Notes: generated by a model from the sequence alone, not told the origin. A stretch of DNA of 64,000 nucleotides from Chloroflexota bacterium (GCA_965221905.1 OZ244922.1:32001-96000); one strand, 5' to 3'; numbered from the stretch's first letter, positions 29,301 to 40,182 are shown. Numbers and translations are program-made.

Positions 29301-29894
29301 TCAATTCAGAAGCTGTGCTATTACCTTTTCACGTTCTTCCGGGGTAATCTGTTGCGGCGGCGCGTCGTAGCGGATTACTTGGTACCAGCCGGAGCCGAAG
29401 ATCAAGCCATCGTGATTTATCACCCACGCGTGCTTGGTTTCCAGAAAGTTGCCTCTGGTCGGATTCTCGTAGACGTAGCTCACCCAGCCTCCCTGCTCGG
29501 TCGCGGCCAGCAACGCCGCGCCAAAGTCGTAGCCGTTCGCGTCAATTCCCAGCGGTTCTTTCACAGTCTAACCGACGTTTTCCGGTATGGCGGAATGTGC
29601 CAGCACCAGGCCCTCCTCATCGATGATGAAGAGGTACCACTCGCCGTCCATGCTCTCGGGAGAATTGAAGAAGGCGAGGGCGGCGTCACGCCCGTCGGCG
29701 TCGTAGACCCGTATTGCCTCCGCCACGAAAGCCTTAGTGTAGAGACCCTGCTCGGCTTCCCTGGAAATGGCGTCCAGACCGGGCGGTGACGGTTCCGACG
29801 GCTGTGGCGGCTGCGCGGTCGGCACGGTGCTGCACGCGACAAGTGCAAACATCGCCGCGATGACTGCGACACGAGTGACTATCCGACCGAACAT
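29301..29894 (-). pseudogene. Cache-domain lipoprotein interrupted by an in-frame TAG (29568-29570)
   Basis: AAGGAG RBS, lipobox LVAC, GEWYLFIID...LAH, then VG*TVKEPLG in the same frame, WVSYVYENP, KHAWV, GLIFGSGWY. Confidence 0.75.
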
Positions 29895-30267
29895 CCGGCG
29901 ACTCCTTTGTCCCGTGGTAGGCTGGATCACAAAATCCTGCCTTCATTCATTACAGTATAGCACCGTAAACTGCGTGATCATTGCGGTTCGCGGAACCTTT
30001 CGCAGGGAAGCCTCCAGGGCGCCTAGCGGTCGCTCATACCTGCCTCTTGTGCGACGACCCGCAATTCTCCCACACCAATACCATCTGCACGGGATGTCAT
30101 TTGAGAAAAAGCGATGTAGTCATGCAGCCTACCGGCCCCGTTTTGGGATTGGCAGGAATAGCCCCCCTTGATTCACCCTCTAGGAGACTACTGCGCTATT
30201 CGATCAAGCGTGCGGGATTGGACACTACTGACGAAGATTCACCCGCGCCCCGGCCCTCTCCCTCAAT

Positions 30268-30407
30268 GAGACCTTAGAGATACCCCTTCCCCCTCGACGG
30301 GGGAAGGTCGGGATTGGGGTGAAAAGGGCTTCACGGCAAGGATCCACACACTTCCCGCCCCCTGGATTCCGGCTTTCGCCGGAATGACGGAGTTATTCAA
30401 AGGTCTC
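30268..30407. mobile_element. 140-bp GAGACC...GGTCTC MITE in a family G REP loop
   Basis: CCCTCTCC-CTCAAT|GAGACCTTAGA ... TTATTCAAAGGTCTC|CTCGAT-GGAGCGGG; interior holds other REPs. Confidence 0.75.
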
Positions 30408-30458
30408 CTCGATGGAGCGGGGGACTCTGCGCTTCCACCCAAATTGCGTTAAGGCCTC

Positions 30459-31178
30459 TTATGGCACGTCCAGCACGAAGGTGAATTGGGCCTCTTTGCC
30501 GTTCGCCGCATCGGCTAACGTCACGAGCAGTGCGGGGTTGAAGATGCTGTCGCCCTGGTTGCCGGGCTCTGACGGAAAGTAGAGTTGGGTAGTGAGGATT
30601 GGCTGGTTCGGCGCCTGCACGCGCACGTGGATGTGGCGCGTGCGGCCGGGATAGATACCCGGCACGATGGTCTCCAGCACGAAGCGCCCCGCGTCGTCGG
30701 CAAACTGATGGCCGCGAAAGTTGTAGCCCTCGTTGTCGTAGACGCCCACGTGGTCAGTGTGCCAGAAATCAAGGAGCGCGCCTGCAATTGGCGTACACCG
30801 GGTCGAGAGCACCTGACCCGCTAGGAGCAAACGCGTACCAGCGATTCCAGGCTCGAGCAAAGAGGTCCGCAACGGCGTGTTCGGCGTATAGAACGGCCCT
30901 GCCGTCTGCGGCGGTGTGGGATCATCGTCATCCTCGCACGCCGGTGTAGCCGGTAATTCAAGCTGCATGGCAGCCTTTGAATCCTCCGCAGGTTGCGTTG
31001 CCTGGGCCGGCGCAGCGGTCGGTTGGGCTGTGTCCGTCCCTTTAGAAACGGCGACCTGCTGGCTTTCCGCTCTCCGTCCCAGTGCACCACAGGCCGCGAG
31101 CGCGGCTGCCAGTGGAATAAGGAGCGCTCTCCGCCAGATAAAGCGCCGCGAAAACCGCAACACCGTTCGCGTATTCAC
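30459..31178 (-). CDS. Exported intradiol ring-cleavage dioxygenase-like protein
   Basis: Tat/lipoprotein leader (SRRFIWRR...LAAC), QTAGPFY, DFWHTDHVGVYD, PGIYPGRTRHIH, TTQLYF; GGAGG RBS. Confidence 0.85.
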   Translation of the reverse strand: MNTRTVLRFSRRFIWRRALLIPLAAALAACGALGRRAESQQVAVSKGTDTAQPTAAPAQATQPAEDSKAAMQLELPATPACEDDDDPTPPQTAGPFYTPNTPLRTSLLEPGIAGTRLLLAGQVLSTRCTPIAGALLDFWHTDHVGVYDNEGYNFRGHQFADDAGRFVLETIVPGIYPGRTRHIHVRVQAPNQPILTTQLYFPSEPGNQGDSIFNPALLVTLADAANGKEAQFTFVLDVP

Positions 31179-31380
31179 ACGTATCCCTCCATACTTGCTC
31201 CGCTTGCCCCTCTATTAACTGTAGAACGAATAGGGGATTCGTTCCAGTCTTGGCCGGAGCGTAACCGCTGCAAGAGCCTTCCACATTCTCCCGATACGAA
31301 ACTCCGTTGTCGCTCTGGCGTTCGGAGAAGATGGATTCCCGCTTTCGCGGGAATGACAGCGGATTGTCAACATTGACTAT

Positions 31381-31440
31381 GCAAAGCGCGAGTACTTCCC
31401 GCAAGGCGTAAATGCTCGCCGCAAAGCGCGAATACTCGCC
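31381..31440. repeat. 3 x 20-bp imperfect tandem repeat
   Basis: GCAAAGCGCGAGTACTTCCC / GCAAGGCGTAAATGCTCGCC / GCAAAGCGCGAATACTCGCC. Confidence 0.65.
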
Positions 31441-31526
31441 CTAGCGTTGCTAGGGTTCAAGGAACCGTTCGCCCTGAGCATGTCGAAGGGTCGAAGGGCG
31501 GTTCGTGTTTCGCAGTCTTCTCTAAA

Positions 31527-32600
31527 TCAGACCTCCCTGTCCCAGTAGTCAACCGCATCCTCCTTGCGGAAGAGTTGGCGCACACCGCGCATGTTTACCT
31601 TGTTGGAGTTGGGGTATTCGCTCACGTCGGCCGGCGCCACGTTGCTCAGGAGCAGCAGCGTACACGGCTCCGTGCCTTCATTGACGTACTGGTGATCGCT
31701 GTTCGGCCCGGGCGGAAAAGCGATGAAGTCACCCTGGCGCAGAGCGAAATCCCCCCGTGATGTCCGCATGGTGCACGTACCCTCCAGCACCACGCCGAGT
31801 TCTTCCTCGAAGTGATGGAAATGGAGCGGAAACCCCTTCCTGCCCGGGTCCAGGCGGACAACCTGATATCCCAAGTGCCGCGCGCCGATCAGCGGATCGA
31901 TGTTCTTGAACACGTAGCCATAGTCGCCCGGTGCCTGCCGTGTCTCCCACGCCATTTCATCCAGGTTGATGCGATTGATATAGATGTCCGTGCGGGCCTC
32001 CAGCATTGCCAGCAACGCATCGCGCGCGCCGTGACAGATCGAGTGGCCGTCGCCGAGTAGCAGCGCGTCGAGTTGCGGCACGGCCAGCAGCTTGCGGAGT
32101 TGCAGCGCCGCCTGCGCCGGGTCCGCTACCGCCGGTTCGGCGCCAAGCACCAGCGATCCCACAGGATGGCCCCAAACATAATCGCCGATGAAGGCCACGC
32201 TCCCGCCCCGCCACAGCAGCGCGATCTCGCCCGGACTCTTGCCGTGCGCCAGATGCAGCACCCGCAGATCGGGCACGATCTCCTCGCCGTCGGCTACGGT
32301 GCGGTCTACCGCGAGCGCGAAGAGCGGCGCATCGGCCTCGTGCGCCACGATCTGCGCGCCGGTGCGCTCCTTGAACGCCACTGCGTCCCGCTCGTGGTCG
32401 CGATTTGTCAGGACGATGAGGGCAGCGCCGCCGAGGGCGTCCAATTGCGCCGCGTCACCGGCGCTCATGGGTACCGGATCGATCAGGATATTGCCCTCTG
32501 CCCGCACCCAGAGGAAGCCGTTGAAATCGAACTGCTTTTCCTCGTTGAATACCGACCAAGAATAGAGATCGTCGAACATCACCCGCTTCATTTTAGTCAC
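31527..32600 (-). CDS. MBL-fold domain + cupin fusion protein
   Basis: NILIDP, LTNRDHERD, HGKSPGE, LLLGDG; cupin HFHHFEEE...GDFIAFPPG...HQYVN, EYPNSNK. Confidence 0.8.
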   Translation of the reverse strand: MTKMKRVMFDDLYSWSVFNEEKQFDFNGFLWVRAEGNILIDPVPMSAGDAAQLDALGGAALIVLTNRDHERDAVAFKERTGAQIVAHEADAPLFALAVDRTVADGEEIVPDLRVLHLAHGKSPGEIALLWRGGSVAFIGDYVWGHPVGSLVLGAEPAVADPAQAALQLRKLLAVPQLDALLLGDGHSICHGARDALLAMLEARTDIYINRINLDEMAWETRQAPGDYGYVFKNIDPLIGARHLGYQVVRLDPGRKGFPLHFHHFEEELGVVLEGTCTMRTSRGDFALRQGDFIAFPPGPNSDHQYVNEGTEPCTLLLLSNVAPADVSEYPNSNKVNMRGVRQLFRKEDAVDYWDREV

Positions 32601-32842
32601 CCCTTACTCACGCTTAGACTGCCAGAGTACATGGTATACTGAAAAACCGTTGCGGTGAGCGCACCCGGAAGTGCACCATCTGGTTGGCCAGCCAGCATTA
32701 AACTTGACATTAAGCCCCTGCACCTAGAAAAAGCATCTACGGCACCAAGGTGAGAAGCCCGTTCATACTTCGACAGGCTCAGCACGAACGGACTTCTCGC
32801 AAAACTAGACCGACACATGGGTACTGCCATGGAAGCCCTCAC

Positions 32843-33883
32843 GTGAATTTGCTTACCCCCACTCCCCTCCCTTTACAGATTGCCGATGAAGACTCACTGG
32901 AAGAGTTGCTGTCGCGGCCCAGCCGGGCGCTGATTGACGATCTGCAGCGACTCCATGGCGATATCCTCATTCTCGGTGTCGGCGGCAAAGTAGGCCCGAC
33001 TTTGGCGCGTCTGGCTAAGCGCGCGGCTCCCAAAAAACGGATCGTCGGCGTGGCGCGGTTTAGCGATCCGGCGATACGCGCGCGCCTCGAGGCATGGGGT
33101 GTCGAGACCATCGCGTGCGACCTCTTGGACCGCGCGGCAGTGGCCGCCCTACCGCAGTTTTCTAACGTCATCTTCATGGCGGGCAAGAAGTTCGGCACAG
33201 CGGCGGATCCGGCTTTCACTTGGGCTATGAACACGCATGTGCCGGCAATCGTGGCCGAAACCTTTGCCCAATCCCGCATCGTGGCATTCTCCACGCTCTG
33301 CGTCTATCCCTACGCGCCGGTTGATGGGGAAGGCTGGGATGAGTCGGTTGCGCCGGAGCCAGTGGGCGAATACGCCAACTCTTGCGTCGGACGCGAGCGT
33401 ATCTTCCAGTACTTTTCGCAGCAACACGCGACGCCGGGCCGCCTGCTCCGCCTCAATTACGCTATCGACATGCGCTACGGTGTGCTGTACGACGTGGCGC
33501 GCTGGGTACTGGCCGGTGAACCGGTGCCACTGACGATGGGTCACGTCAATATCATATGGCAAGGAGACGCCAGCGCTCAGGCACTGCGCGCGCTGCTGCA
33601 CTGCACCACGCCGACACGTCCGTTGAACATCGGCGGGCCTGAAGCTACCGGCATTCGCGCCCTGGCGCACGCCTTCGGCAAGCGGCTCAACCGGAATCCG
33701 CAGTTTGACGGTACAGAGGCCGAGACCGCCTGGATCAACAGCACGGCCCAAGCGCAGCAGCTCTTCGGCCGCCCCATCGTGCCTTTGGAGACAATGATCG
33801 ATTGGACTGCCGACTGGATCGAGCGCGCCATGCCGACCTATGCGAAACCGACCCACTATGAGGTCCGCGACGGTAAGTTCTAG
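32843..33883 (+). CDS. NAD-dependent epimerase/dehydratase
   Basis: ILGVGGKVGPTL, MAGKKFG, YANSCVGRER, RLNYA..RYGVL; the listed longer start lies in a REP. Confidence 0.85.
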   Translation: MNLLTPTPLPLQIADEDSLEELLSRPSRALIDDLQRLHGDILILGVGGKVGPTLARLAKRAAPKKRIVGVARFSDPAIRARLEAWGVETIACDLLDRAAVAALPQFSNVIFMAGKKFGTAADPAFTWAMNTHVPAIVAETFAQSRIVAFSTLCVYPYAPVDGEGWDESVAPEPVGEYANSCVGRERIFQYFSQQHATPGRLLRLNYAIDMRYGVLYDVARWVLAGEPVPLTMGHVNIIWQGDASAQALRALLHCTTPTRPLNIGGPEATGIRALAHAFGKRLNRNPQFDGTEAETAWINSTAQAQQLFGRPIVPLETMIDWTADWIERAMPTYAKPTHYEVRDGKF

Positions 33884-34311
33884 GCTGTTCTCGTTGGTAC
33901 TACCAGTAAACTGTTTCGACGAGACACAATGCTTGCTGCGAGATGTCAAGCGCACCGCACGGCCCCGCCAAGCGCCCACCCAGAGAGTTTCGCAAATCCA
34001 AGACTATAAGCAAAGAACTCCCTCTCCCCGGTCTATACAAGAGGGCGGGGTGAGGGTGATCCATCTTTGTGCATGGGCACAGGATGTAGGGGCACGACAT
34101 GTCGTGCCCCTACGGGAGATACATTACGGAGGGGGTTTGTCTGAGCAATATGATACGCAGGAGCTTCAGTAAGCTCTTTCGCGTAAGATAAATTGTAGAG
34201 GAGCTGCAGGTAGTCGGTGGATTCCGCAGCCCAGGCAGCAGTGAGCGACGGCACACCAAGACAAGCGCTAGCGACAAGTCACACCGCGCACACCAAGAAC
34301 GGAGAACATCG

Positions 34312-34782
34312 ATGGCAGACCAGAATCCCCCAAAACGAATCCTGGTGGTTGGCGGGCCTAACCTCAACCTCTTCGGACGCCGCCAGCCGGAAATCTACGG
34401 CACGGTGACGCTGAATCAGATTCACCAACAGGTGACGAAAGAGGCCGAAAAGCTGGGCTTCGAAGCGATTTGTTTCCAGTCCAACCACGAAGGCGCCGTG
34501 CTCGACTTCCTGCACGAGAACATCGACAACGCCCAAGGCGCTTTGTTGAACCCGGCCGGCTTAACCCAGTACAGCCCTTCGCTCTTCGATGCGCTGAAGG
34601 CCATGCCGTTTCCCGTGATCGAGGTGCACCTTTCCAACCTGTACGCGCGGGAAGCCTGGCGCGGCCACTCCATCATCTCGGCAGCGGCGCGCGGCGTGGT
34701 GCAGGGCTTTGGCTGGTACGGCTACATCGTGGCGCTTTACGGCCTGGTGGGCTTGATTAATGAGGTCCAGCCCGACGCCTGA
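34312..34782 (+). CDS. aroQ: Type II 3-dehydroquinate dehydratase
   Basis: GPNLNLFGRRQPEIYG, FQSNHEG, NPAG, IEVHLSNLYARE. Confidence 0.93.
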   Translation: MADQNPPKRILVVGGPNLNLFGRRQPEIYGTVTLNQIHQQVTKEAEKLGFEAICFQSNHEGAVLDFLHENIDNAQGALLNPAGLTQYSPSLFDALKAMPFPVIEVHLSNLYAREAWRGHSIISAAARGVVQGFGWYGYIVALYGLVGLINEVQPDA

Positions 34783-34971
34783 ACGACGCCCCACTGTTCC
34801 AATCGTCACTCCCCGGTAGCGCAGGTTTGTAACCTGCGTCCGTTGGCCGGAGCCTAGGTTTACACAGAGAAGCTGGATCCACGCTTGCGCGGGAATGACA
34901 CCTTTACGAGGCTCTCGTTCCCAATGGTAGGGGCACGACATGTCGTGCCCCTACGTAATTTCAAAAGAGAC

Positions 34972-35766
34972 TCACCGCCACACGGGGCCTTTCTCGAACA
35001 TGCCGGGTTGTTGCTGGGCGCCGTCTACGGAGACATTGGTGCCGTTGATCCAGCTTCCGGCGGGTGAAGCAACGAAGACAATCGCGCGCGCCACCTCCTC
35101 GGGTTTTCCCAAGCGGCCCAGCGGATACTCCTCGGTCTCGAATTTCCCAAAACCTTCCGGGTCGTCCTGTTGGCGCTTTCCCCAGCCGCCGCCGGGAAAG
35201 AGAATCGAACCGGGACTAACGGTATTCACGCGGATATTGTCCGGCCCTAGTTCCATGGCCAGTGCGCCGCTCACGAAGACTTCCGCCGCCTTCGCCGCGC
35301 CGTACTGGCTGCCGGGCGCCGGTTTCAGACCCGAGATGGAGGAAATCGTCACGATGGAGCCGCCGCCCCGCTGCCGCATGTGGGGCACCGCCGCCCGCGA
35401 GGTGCGCACGGCGTGAAAGAGATTGAGATCGAACGTATCGACCCACTCTTCGTCGGTAGAGCCCATCAGGCCTTTGCCCACAGAGCCGCCGACGTTATTG
35501 ATGAGAATGTCAATGCCACCCAAGGCGTCGGCGCTCGCAGCGACGAACGACTCTACCGCCTCACGTTGCGTCACGTCCACGGCCATGCCGAAGGCGTTAG
35601 CACCGTGCGCGCGAATCTCCGACAGTGTCTTTTCCAGTGTTTCGCTGCCGCGCGCGCAGATAGCAACGGCGGCCCCTTCTTCCGCAAACGTGAGCGCCGT
35701 CGACCGGCCGATACCACGACTGCCGCCGGTGACGACGGCGACTTTTCCGGCTAAACCAAGATCCAT
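34972..35766 (-). CDS. SDR-family oxidoreductase
   Basis: TGGSRGIG, NNVG, YGAAK, RVNTVSPG; AAGGA RBS before MDLGL. Confidence 0.92.
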   Translation of the reverse strand: MDLGLAGKVAVVTGGSRGIGRSTALTFAEEGAAVAICARGSETLEKTLSEIRAHGANAFGMAVDVTQREAVESFVAASADALGGIDILINNVGGSVGKGLMGSTDEEWVDTFDLNLFHAVRTSRAAVPHMRQRGGGSIVTISSISGLKPAPGSQYGAAKAAEVFVSGALAMELGPDNIRVNTVSPGSILFPGGGWGKRQQDDPEGFGKFETEEYPLGRLGKPEEVARAIVFVASPAGSWINGTNVSVDGAQQQPGMFEKGPVWR

Positions 35767-36036
35767 GGGTGTGTGGTCCTTTCTGCAATTGCTACAAGTC
35801 CGCGCGGAATCCAAGGCTTCAATTCGCACACATCCTGCACCGATTCAGATACGTGGCAGGAATTTGAAATCTCCCCGACCTTCTGGACTCCGGCTTTCGC
35901 CGGAGTGACGGATTGGGCACCTGCGACCGCCTTCTTGGCTACCAGCCAGCGGGGGACAAGCCCCCGCGCTACGGCGATTCGATGTCGCGGACTTCTCAGC
36001 GTGGGGCTGCCGCGCCGTGCCACCGCGAAAGCCACC

Positions 36037-37116
36037 CTAGCCGATCCGCTCCAGCACGGCTGCGCCCACTTCTTGTGTGCCCACTGCGCGTTCGCCGGCC
36101 GCGCCGCGCGCCAAGTCCGGCGTGCGGTAGCCCGCCGCCAGCACATCTTCCACGGCCTTTTCGACTGCCGCCGCTTCCTGCTCCAAACCCAGTGAATGGC
36201 GCAAGAGCATGCCCACGGAGAGGATCGCCGCCAAGGGGTTCGCCTTGTCCTGGCCGACGATATCGGGCGCGGTACCATGCACGGGCTCGTAGAGGCCGCG
36301 CCGTCCCCGACCCAGGCTGGCGCTCGGCAGCATGCCCAGACTGCCCGCCAGCACTGAGGCCTCATCGGAGAGAATGTCGCCAAACATGTTCTCGGTCACT
36401 AGCACGTCGAAGCGCCGCGGCACGTTGATCAGGTGCATGGCGCAGGCATCCACCAGGAGATGCTCGACCGTTACGTCGGGGTACTCCTCCGCTACCTGCA
36501 CGGCGATTTCGCGCCACAAGCCGCTGCTTGCCAGCACGTTTGCCTTATCCACCGAGGCGAGTTGCTTCCGCCGCTGCCGAGCGAGATCAAAGCCCAAGCG
36601 GATGATGCGCTCCATCTCGCCGCTCGTGTAGGTAAGCGTGTCTTTGACTCGAATGCCCTGCTTGTTGGCGGTCCGTCCGCGCGGACGGCCGAAATAGAGC
36701 CCGCCGGTGAGCTCTCGCAGCACCAGCAGATCGGTGCCTTCCACGATCTCTCGCTTCAACGGCGAGGAGTCCACCAGCGCGGGGAACAGTTTCACCGGAC
36801 GCAGGTTGGCGTAGAGGCGCAACTCCTTGCGCAAACGCAGCAGGCCGTATTCCGGCCGTGCTTCCGGCGGCCCTACGTCCCACTTGGGGCCGCCCACCGC
36901 GCCCACGAGGATGGCGTCGGCTTGCTTGCAGATTGCAAGCGATTCGTCAGGCAAGGGCGAGCCGGTCGCGTCGATGGCGTTGCCGCCGATACTCCCTTCG
37001 GTTATCTGAAAAGTGTGGCCGTTAGATGCCGCAACGTGCTGGAGCACCCGCGCCCCCCAGGCCACCACCTCCACACCAATTCCGTCACCGGGCAATACCG
37101 CGATTTTCGCTCTCAT
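36037..37116 (-). CDS. leuB: 3-isopropylmalate dehydrogenase
   Basis: [55 protein letters not shown]. Confidence 0.97.
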   Translation of the reverse strand: MRAKIAVLPGDGIGVEVVAWGARVLQHVAASNGHTFQITEGSIGGNAIDATGSPLPDESLAICKQADAILVGAVGGPKWDVGPPEARPEYGLLRLRKELRLYANLRPVKLFPALVDSSPLKREIVEGTDLLVLRELTGGLYFGRPRGRTANKQGIRVKDTLTYTSGEMERIIRLGFDLARQRRKQLASVDKANVLASSGLWREIAVQVAEEYPDVTVEHLLVDACAMHLINVPRRFDVLVTENMFGDILSDEASVLAGSLGMLPSASLGRGRRGLYEPVHGTAPDIVGQDKANPLAAILSVGMLLRHSLGLEQEAAAVEKAVEDVLAAGYRTPDLARGAAGERAVGTQEVGAAVLERIG

Positions 37117-37626
37117 GAACTACTCCACACTGTGATTACTGCGGGACGACACACCCCACACTGCTTGTTGAACCTGCAACGGTTTTCTGTCTGTCTTCTC
37201 TGCTAAGTAGATATAATCTCCTGCGGGGGACGAGCCCTCGCGCTACGGTTCACTGTAGTGACATTTCAAGACCAGTCCGTCACTCCCGCGCACGCGGGAA
37301 TCCATCTTCACACCTGCCACGCTGTCGTCGCTTGCGGTGGTCATAATGCAATGCGACCCCAACAATTGCCGAGGAAGAGCAAGGGCAACTATCTCCGGTA
37401 GCGCAGGTTTGCAACCTGCGTCCACCCGGTGGAAGACGATCCCATTCACAGTTCAACTGCGATAGCGACTACAAACTTGGGAATCGCCCTCACCCCCGTA
37501 TCAAGTACGGGGCAGGCTCTAGCCCTCTCCTCCGGGAGAGGGAATAACAATACCAGTCGGTGGTGGATAGGAGTAGTGCGTCACATCCACTTTGCGAAAG
37601 CCCCAAAGGACCGGCCCCGCGCAATG

Positions 37627-38115
37627 TCACTCCGCTTTGCCGTTCCCCAGAACCTTCACCATCATGCCACGTTCCTCATAGTACCGAGCGCGCAGAAAGA
37701 ACGCCAGAGCAGCGTGGTTACCCTCGGCAACGTTGGTCGCAAGCCTCATCATGCCCTGTTCCCGTGTCCATGCCTCTGCTTCCTGCAGCAGCCGCATAGC
37801 GATGCCCCGGCGGCGGTAGGGCGCGGACACTGCCAACGCGCGGACGTGGGCGTACGGTGGCTGGGTAGGACTCCCGGTACGCACCGAGAGCGCGATCATA
37901 CCGATAACGCACCCCTCTCGGTGCTCCACTTCGCCGTCCGCCACTGCCACGAGCCGCAGTGCATCCTTGACCGACGCGCCAACGGCATCTTTGGACGACA
38001 TGCGGGAGCGCAATTCACGCACAATCGGGAGCGATGCCTCCACGATCGTGCGCTCAAGATCGCGGATGAGCGGCGCATCTTCTGCGCGTGCCGGGCGAAT
38101 CGTCACTGCCGTCAT
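37627..38115 (-). CDS. GNAT acetyltransferase
   Basis: IRPARAED, LAVSAPYRRRGIA (motif A), NHAALAFF. Confidence 0.85.
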   Translation of the reverse strand: MTAVTIRPARAEDAPLIRDLERTIVEASLPIVRELRSRMSSKDAVGASVKDALRLVAVADGEVEHREGCVIGMIALSVRTGSPTQPPYAHVRALAVSAPYRRRGIAMRLLQEAEAWTREQGMMRLATNVAEGNHAALAFFLRARYYEERGMMVKVLGNGKAE

Positions 38116-38373
38116 GCGTGTGCGGGTCTCTTCCTGCGCGCTAGCAACGCGTTCTTCGCCACGCGAAGCTCCGCTATGCCATTGCCCGTACCGAGATTCT
38201 TCTTATCCACTCCAATAGTATATGAACGTCAGCGCCGCATTCAGGCGCTGCCCTTTCCTTGACGCCCTGCACGCGCAAGTCCATCATGATGGTAGGCTTC
38301 TAGCTAAGAGGCACAAGAGAATCTCGACCCTCAATCTCGCGGAAGAATCCGCAGCGGAAATACCCCCTACCCT

Positions 38374-40032
38374 ATGGCAGAAGAAAAAACGCTTCGCATT
38401 ATCCCCCTGGGCGGCTTAGGCGAAATCGCCAAGAACTGTATGGTGCTTGAATACGGCGACGATATCGTCCTCATCGACGCCGGTGTGATGTTTCCCGAAG
38501 ACGACATGCTGGGCATCGACCTGGTAATTCCCGATATCTCCTATCTAGAAGACAAGCGGGACCGGCTCCGCGGCATCATCATTACGCACGGGCACGAAGA
38601 CCACACCGGCTCGCTGCCCTATTTTCTACGCAAGATCAATGCTCCCATCTATGGCACGCGGCTCACCCTCGGATTGGTGGAGGTCAAGCTCAAAGAGCAC
38701 GGCCTGGAAGAGCGGGTTAAGATGCAGGAGATCGCCCCCGGCGATCAGATTACTCTGGGACCCTTCCGCTTCGAGTTCTTCCACATGTGCCACAGCATTC
38801 CCGACGGCGTGGGCATGGCAATCCATACCCCCGTCGGCCTGGTGGTGCACTCCGGTGACTTCAAGTTCGACTACACGCCCGTAGACGGCGAGCTCTCCGA
38901 TATCTGGCGGCTGGCGAAATACGCGCAGGAAGGCGTGCGGCTGCTGCTTTCCGATAGCACCCGGGCCGACAGACCCGGCTACACGCCGTCCGAACGTGTG
39001 ATCTACGACTGCTTTGCCGAGGTTTTCTCTGAAGCGCCCGGCCGCATCATCGTGACCACGTTCGCCTCTCTGATTTCCCGCGTCCAGCAGGTGGTAGATA
39101 CCGCCCATGAATTCGACCGTCACATCTGTGTGACCGGGCGCAACATGGTGCAGAACGTGAACATGGCGATGCAGCTAGGGTATTTGGACGTTCCGGCAAA
39201 CATGCTCGTACGCCCCGACCGCCTGCATGCGTACAAGAAGGAAGACGTTGTCATTATCACCACGGGCAGCCAGGGCGAGCCAACCTCTGCCTTGGGCCGC
39301 ATCGCGAACCGCGACCATCGCCAGATCAACGTAGAGACCGACGATACGGTCGTAATTTCCGCCAGCCCCATTCCCGGCAACGAGGCGCTCGTGGCAAAGA
39401 CGATCGATAAGCTCTTTCGCCAAGGAGCCAACGTGCTCTACGACAAAGTGGCCAACGTCCACGTATCCGGTCACGGCGCGCAGGAAGAGCTCAAGACTCT
39501 CATTAGCATCTTGCGTCCGGAAGCGTTCATTCCCATTCACGGCGGGTACCAGCACCTCATGCACCACGCGCGCTTGGCGGGCGAACTCGGGGTGGATACC
39601 GAGAATATAATAGTGGCGGAAGACGGCGACATCATCGAGCTGTCCGCAGACGAGATTCGCAAAGTAGACCGGGTGCAGGCCGGCTACGTGTTCGTTGACG
39701 GCTTGGGCGTGGGCGACGTAAGCCAAAGCGTCCTGCGCGACCGCCAGCACCTCTCCCAGGACGGTATCTTCATCGTAGTCGTAACCATTGACCGCGAAAC
39801 CGGCCATGTGCTTTCCGGCCCCGATATCATTTCGCGCGGGTTCACGCAGGTGGGTCTGGAGATGCTGATTGAAAAAGCCCGGCAACGCCTATATAATAGT
39901 TTGGAGGCAGATCTTGGCCCCCGCGCCGAGATTCGCCAGGTTCAGGAACGTATTCGCGATGTAGTGTCAAAGTTCCTCTTCGCTGAGACCCGCCGCAGAC
40001 CGATGATCCTCCCCGTGGTAACTGAAGTCTAA
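38374..40032 (+). CDS. rnj: Ribonuclease J
   Basis: PLGGLGEI, THGHEDH, HSIPD, GDFKFD, GSQGEP, HVSGH, RRPMILPV. Confidence 0.97.
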   Translation: MAEEKTLRIIPLGGLGEIAKNCMVLEYGDDIVLIDAGVMFPEDDMLGIDLVIPDISYLEDKRDRLRGIIITHGHEDHTGSLPYFLRKINAPIYGTRLTLGLVEVKLKEHGLEERVKMQEIAPGDQITLGPFRFEFFHMCHSIPDGVGMAIHTPVGLVVHSGDFKFDYTPVDGELSDIWRLAKYAQEGVRLLLSDSTRADRPGYTPSERVIYDCFAEVFSEAPGRIIVTTFASLISRVQQVVDTAHEFDRHICVTGRNMVQNVNMAMQLGYLDVPANMLVRPDRLHAYKKEDVVIITTGSQGEPTSALGRIANRDHRQINVETDDTVVISASPIPGNEALVAKTIDKLFRQGANVLYDKVANVHVSGHGAQEELKTLISILRPEAFIPIHGGYQHLMHHARLAGELGVDTENIIVAEDGDIIELSADEIRKVDRVQAGYVFVDGLGVGDVSQSVLRDRQHLSQDGIFIVVVTIDRETGHVLSGPDIISRGFTQVGLEMLIEKARQRLYNSLEADLGPRAEIRQVQERIRDVVSKFLFAETRRRPMILPVVTEV

Positions 40033-40182
40033 TACGGGCGTTAGCCCGTCCACCATTGGCCCGTCCGACATTCGACTGTCGCGCTATTCTCAATTGTCGA
40101 TACGGGCCTACACCCATGCTGATTCTCATCTTTCGTCTCTCACCGTACCCGCCTTCTTCTGCACGCTATGAGGAGTCTACCA

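Noticed and set aside
34560-34575. AroQ has LTQYS where LTHTS/YS is usual
   Set aside because: The main catalytic motifs (R...Y lid, HLSN) are intact; likely ordinary variation
38112-38210. Tiny basic minus-strand ORF overlapping the GNAT start
   Set aside because: About 32 aa with no recognisable family; not supportable from sequence alone
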